Positions 57,953 through 59,309 of a stretch of 59,309 bases of DNA are shown piece after piece (position 1 is the stretch's first letter; the number at the start of each line of letters is the position of its first letter). The notes under the pieces were generated by a model. It was given only the letters and a program-made list of their open reading frames with translations. It searched no databases and had not been told where the DNA came from. Location of the stretch: IMG/VR virus record IMGVR_UViG_3300021256_000068; one strand, given 5' to 3'. Position numbers and translations under genes: made by a program. The DNA comes from an uncultured virus (IMG/VR IMGVR_UViG_3300021256_000068) (Duplodnaviria; Heunggongvirae; Uroviricota; Caudoviricetes).

Positions 57953-58372
57953 ATGATAGATAAGAAAGCAAAAGGACTTACTATTGAGCAATATGCAGAT
58001 AATGTAGGTATGTTAGAAAGTTATTTAGGATTATTACAAGATGAAGATGTTGATGACGCCGCATACATTATGATGATGTATTTAATGCGTAATAATGTTT
58101 TTATGGTTAAATCAATTCTAGTATTAGCTGATTATTTAAGTAAGAATGGATTGCTTAATATAACTGAGAATGGTGATATAGTGATAAAGGGCGAAGAAAT
58201 TGATGCTAACGAGAAGTTTGCTTTGGGTGAAACTTTTTGTTTCGTTAAAGACATAGCACCTTTTATGGAAAAAATTGGAGCTGAAGAGTTAGAAATGTTA
58301 GCAATTCTTTTTCAAAATGAAATGTTAAAGAGTGTAGATGATACAAATTCAAATGATAACGAGGTACAATAA
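57953..58372 (+). CDS. Acidic hypothetical protein
   Basis: GAGG RBS; TAATG coupling to the next gene. Confidence 0.65.
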   Translation: MIDKKAKGLTIEQYADNVGMLESYLGLLQDEDVDDAAYIMMMYLMRNNVFMVKSILVLADYLSKNGLLNITENGDIVIKGEEIDANEKFALGETFCFVKDIAPFMEKIGAEELEMLAILFQNEMLKSVDDTNSNDNEVQ

Positions 58373-58932
58373 TGATTTGGGATAGTAATAGCGTAATACT
58401 TGTATTTTTAATAACTGTGCTTATTATAACAATAATATATCAATTCACTGAAAGGTCTGACGATGAAGAGGTTATAACGTATCAAGCGGACCCAGATGCC
58501 ATTGAGAAGGCGGAAGAGAAACAATCTGAAATTTATAATCAAAGAGTTCAATTAGTGATTAATAGCGTAAATGTTCTTTGGAATAGTTTAGCAATAGATA
58601 AATGGTTTGAATGCGACCAAACAAAAGCCGAAGAGTCTGTTATAACTAATTCTGTAATTTTCTCAGATGATGTTGTTTGTGTATATTCAACATATATTCC
58701 TCGTTCATTAAAAATCACTTGTCAACTTAGTTGGGCAAAACAAAAAATGTATGTTCGTGTTGAACAACAAATGGAGATTGGTGTTATTGAAGTTGAACGA
58801 GAAATAAAAGTTAAAGCGGGAATAATTTCAGTAATGCAATCAGAAGACATTGCAGAAGAATATTTTAATTCGATAATGGAATTAACTAATTCAGCACAGA
58901 AAGATGAAACTGAAGTAAAGAGTGAAAATTAA
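58372..58932 (+). CDS. Membrane-anchored hypothetical protein
   Basis: N-terminal hydrophobic helix; terminator overlapping the stop. Confidence 0.7.
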   Translation: MIWDSNSVILVFLITVLIITIIYQFTERSDDEEVITYQADPDAIEKAEEKQSEIYNQRVQLVINSVNVLWNSLAIDKWFECDQTKAEESVITNSVIFSDDVVCVYSTYIPRSLKITCQLSWAKQKMYVRVEQQMEIGVIEVEREIKVKAGIISVMQSEDIAEEYFNSIMELTNSAQKDETEVKSEN

Positions 58933-59067
58933 TCACTCTTTATTTTTTTCAAAAATTGTGTGATTTTTATTGACAAAACCGGAAAAATACTATATAATAT
59001 AATTGTAAAAGATAGAAAAAGATATAAAAATAAAAAACTATCTCTATTTTGGAAAGGAAGAAAACAT

Positions 59068-59309
59068 ATGCACGCAAATATTAAATCACCATACAAACAA
59101 TATATGGAAGGAGTAATTCAATATCCACTTTTAACAAGAGAAGAGGAAGTTGAATTAGGAACATTAATACAAAAAGGTTTAGCAAGTGATGCCACTGCTG
59201 AAGATAAGGAAAGAGCGAATGCCGCAAGAAAGAGATTGATTAATTGTAATTTAAGATTAGTTGTAACTATTGCTGGTTCATATACTAATGACCACTTAGA
59301 AAAAGATCG
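59068..59309 (+). CDS. Sigma-70 family (RpoD/SigA-like) sigma factor, partial
   Basis: YPLLTREEEVEL (region 1.2) and ARKRLINCNLRLVVTIA (region 2.1); own promoter at 58970. Confidence 0.85.
   Translation, partial: MHANIKSPYKQYMEGVIQYPLLTREEEVELGTLIQKGLASDATAEDKERANAARKRLINCNLRLVVTIAGSYTNDHLEKD

Overview
This window is part of a large, AT-rich, tailed (siphovirus-like) phage genome, most likely infecting a Bacillota (Firmicutes-type) host. It has two very different halves. (1) About 1-35.5 kb is a mostly leftward late/morphogenesis arm: terminase, portal, protease-scaffold, capsid, neck, tail tube, tape measure, tail tip and chaperoned fibre, plus a RuvC, a GIY-YIG protein, a glycosyltransferase-UDP-sugar dehydrogenase fusion and a lipase. 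The supplied code-11 ORFs here are fragments. They fuse into full-length genes when TGA is read as Trp (code 4). (2) About 35.7-59.3 kb is a rightward early/host-takeover-like arm. Its small genes almost all avoid in-frame TGA, and they are driven by about 35 near-consensus TTGACA/TATAAT promoters. This arm contains about 50 copies of a polar CCCGACGGAA motif that converge on a fixed-spacing intergenic core, a family of winged-helix paralogs followed by structured non-coding tracts, several hairpins exposing anti-Shine-Dalgarno loops, a cluster of cre-like LacI-family operators, two tRNAs, about 4 kb of promoter-driven non-coding sequence and a partial sigma-70 gene. All calls were made by eye and counts are approximate.
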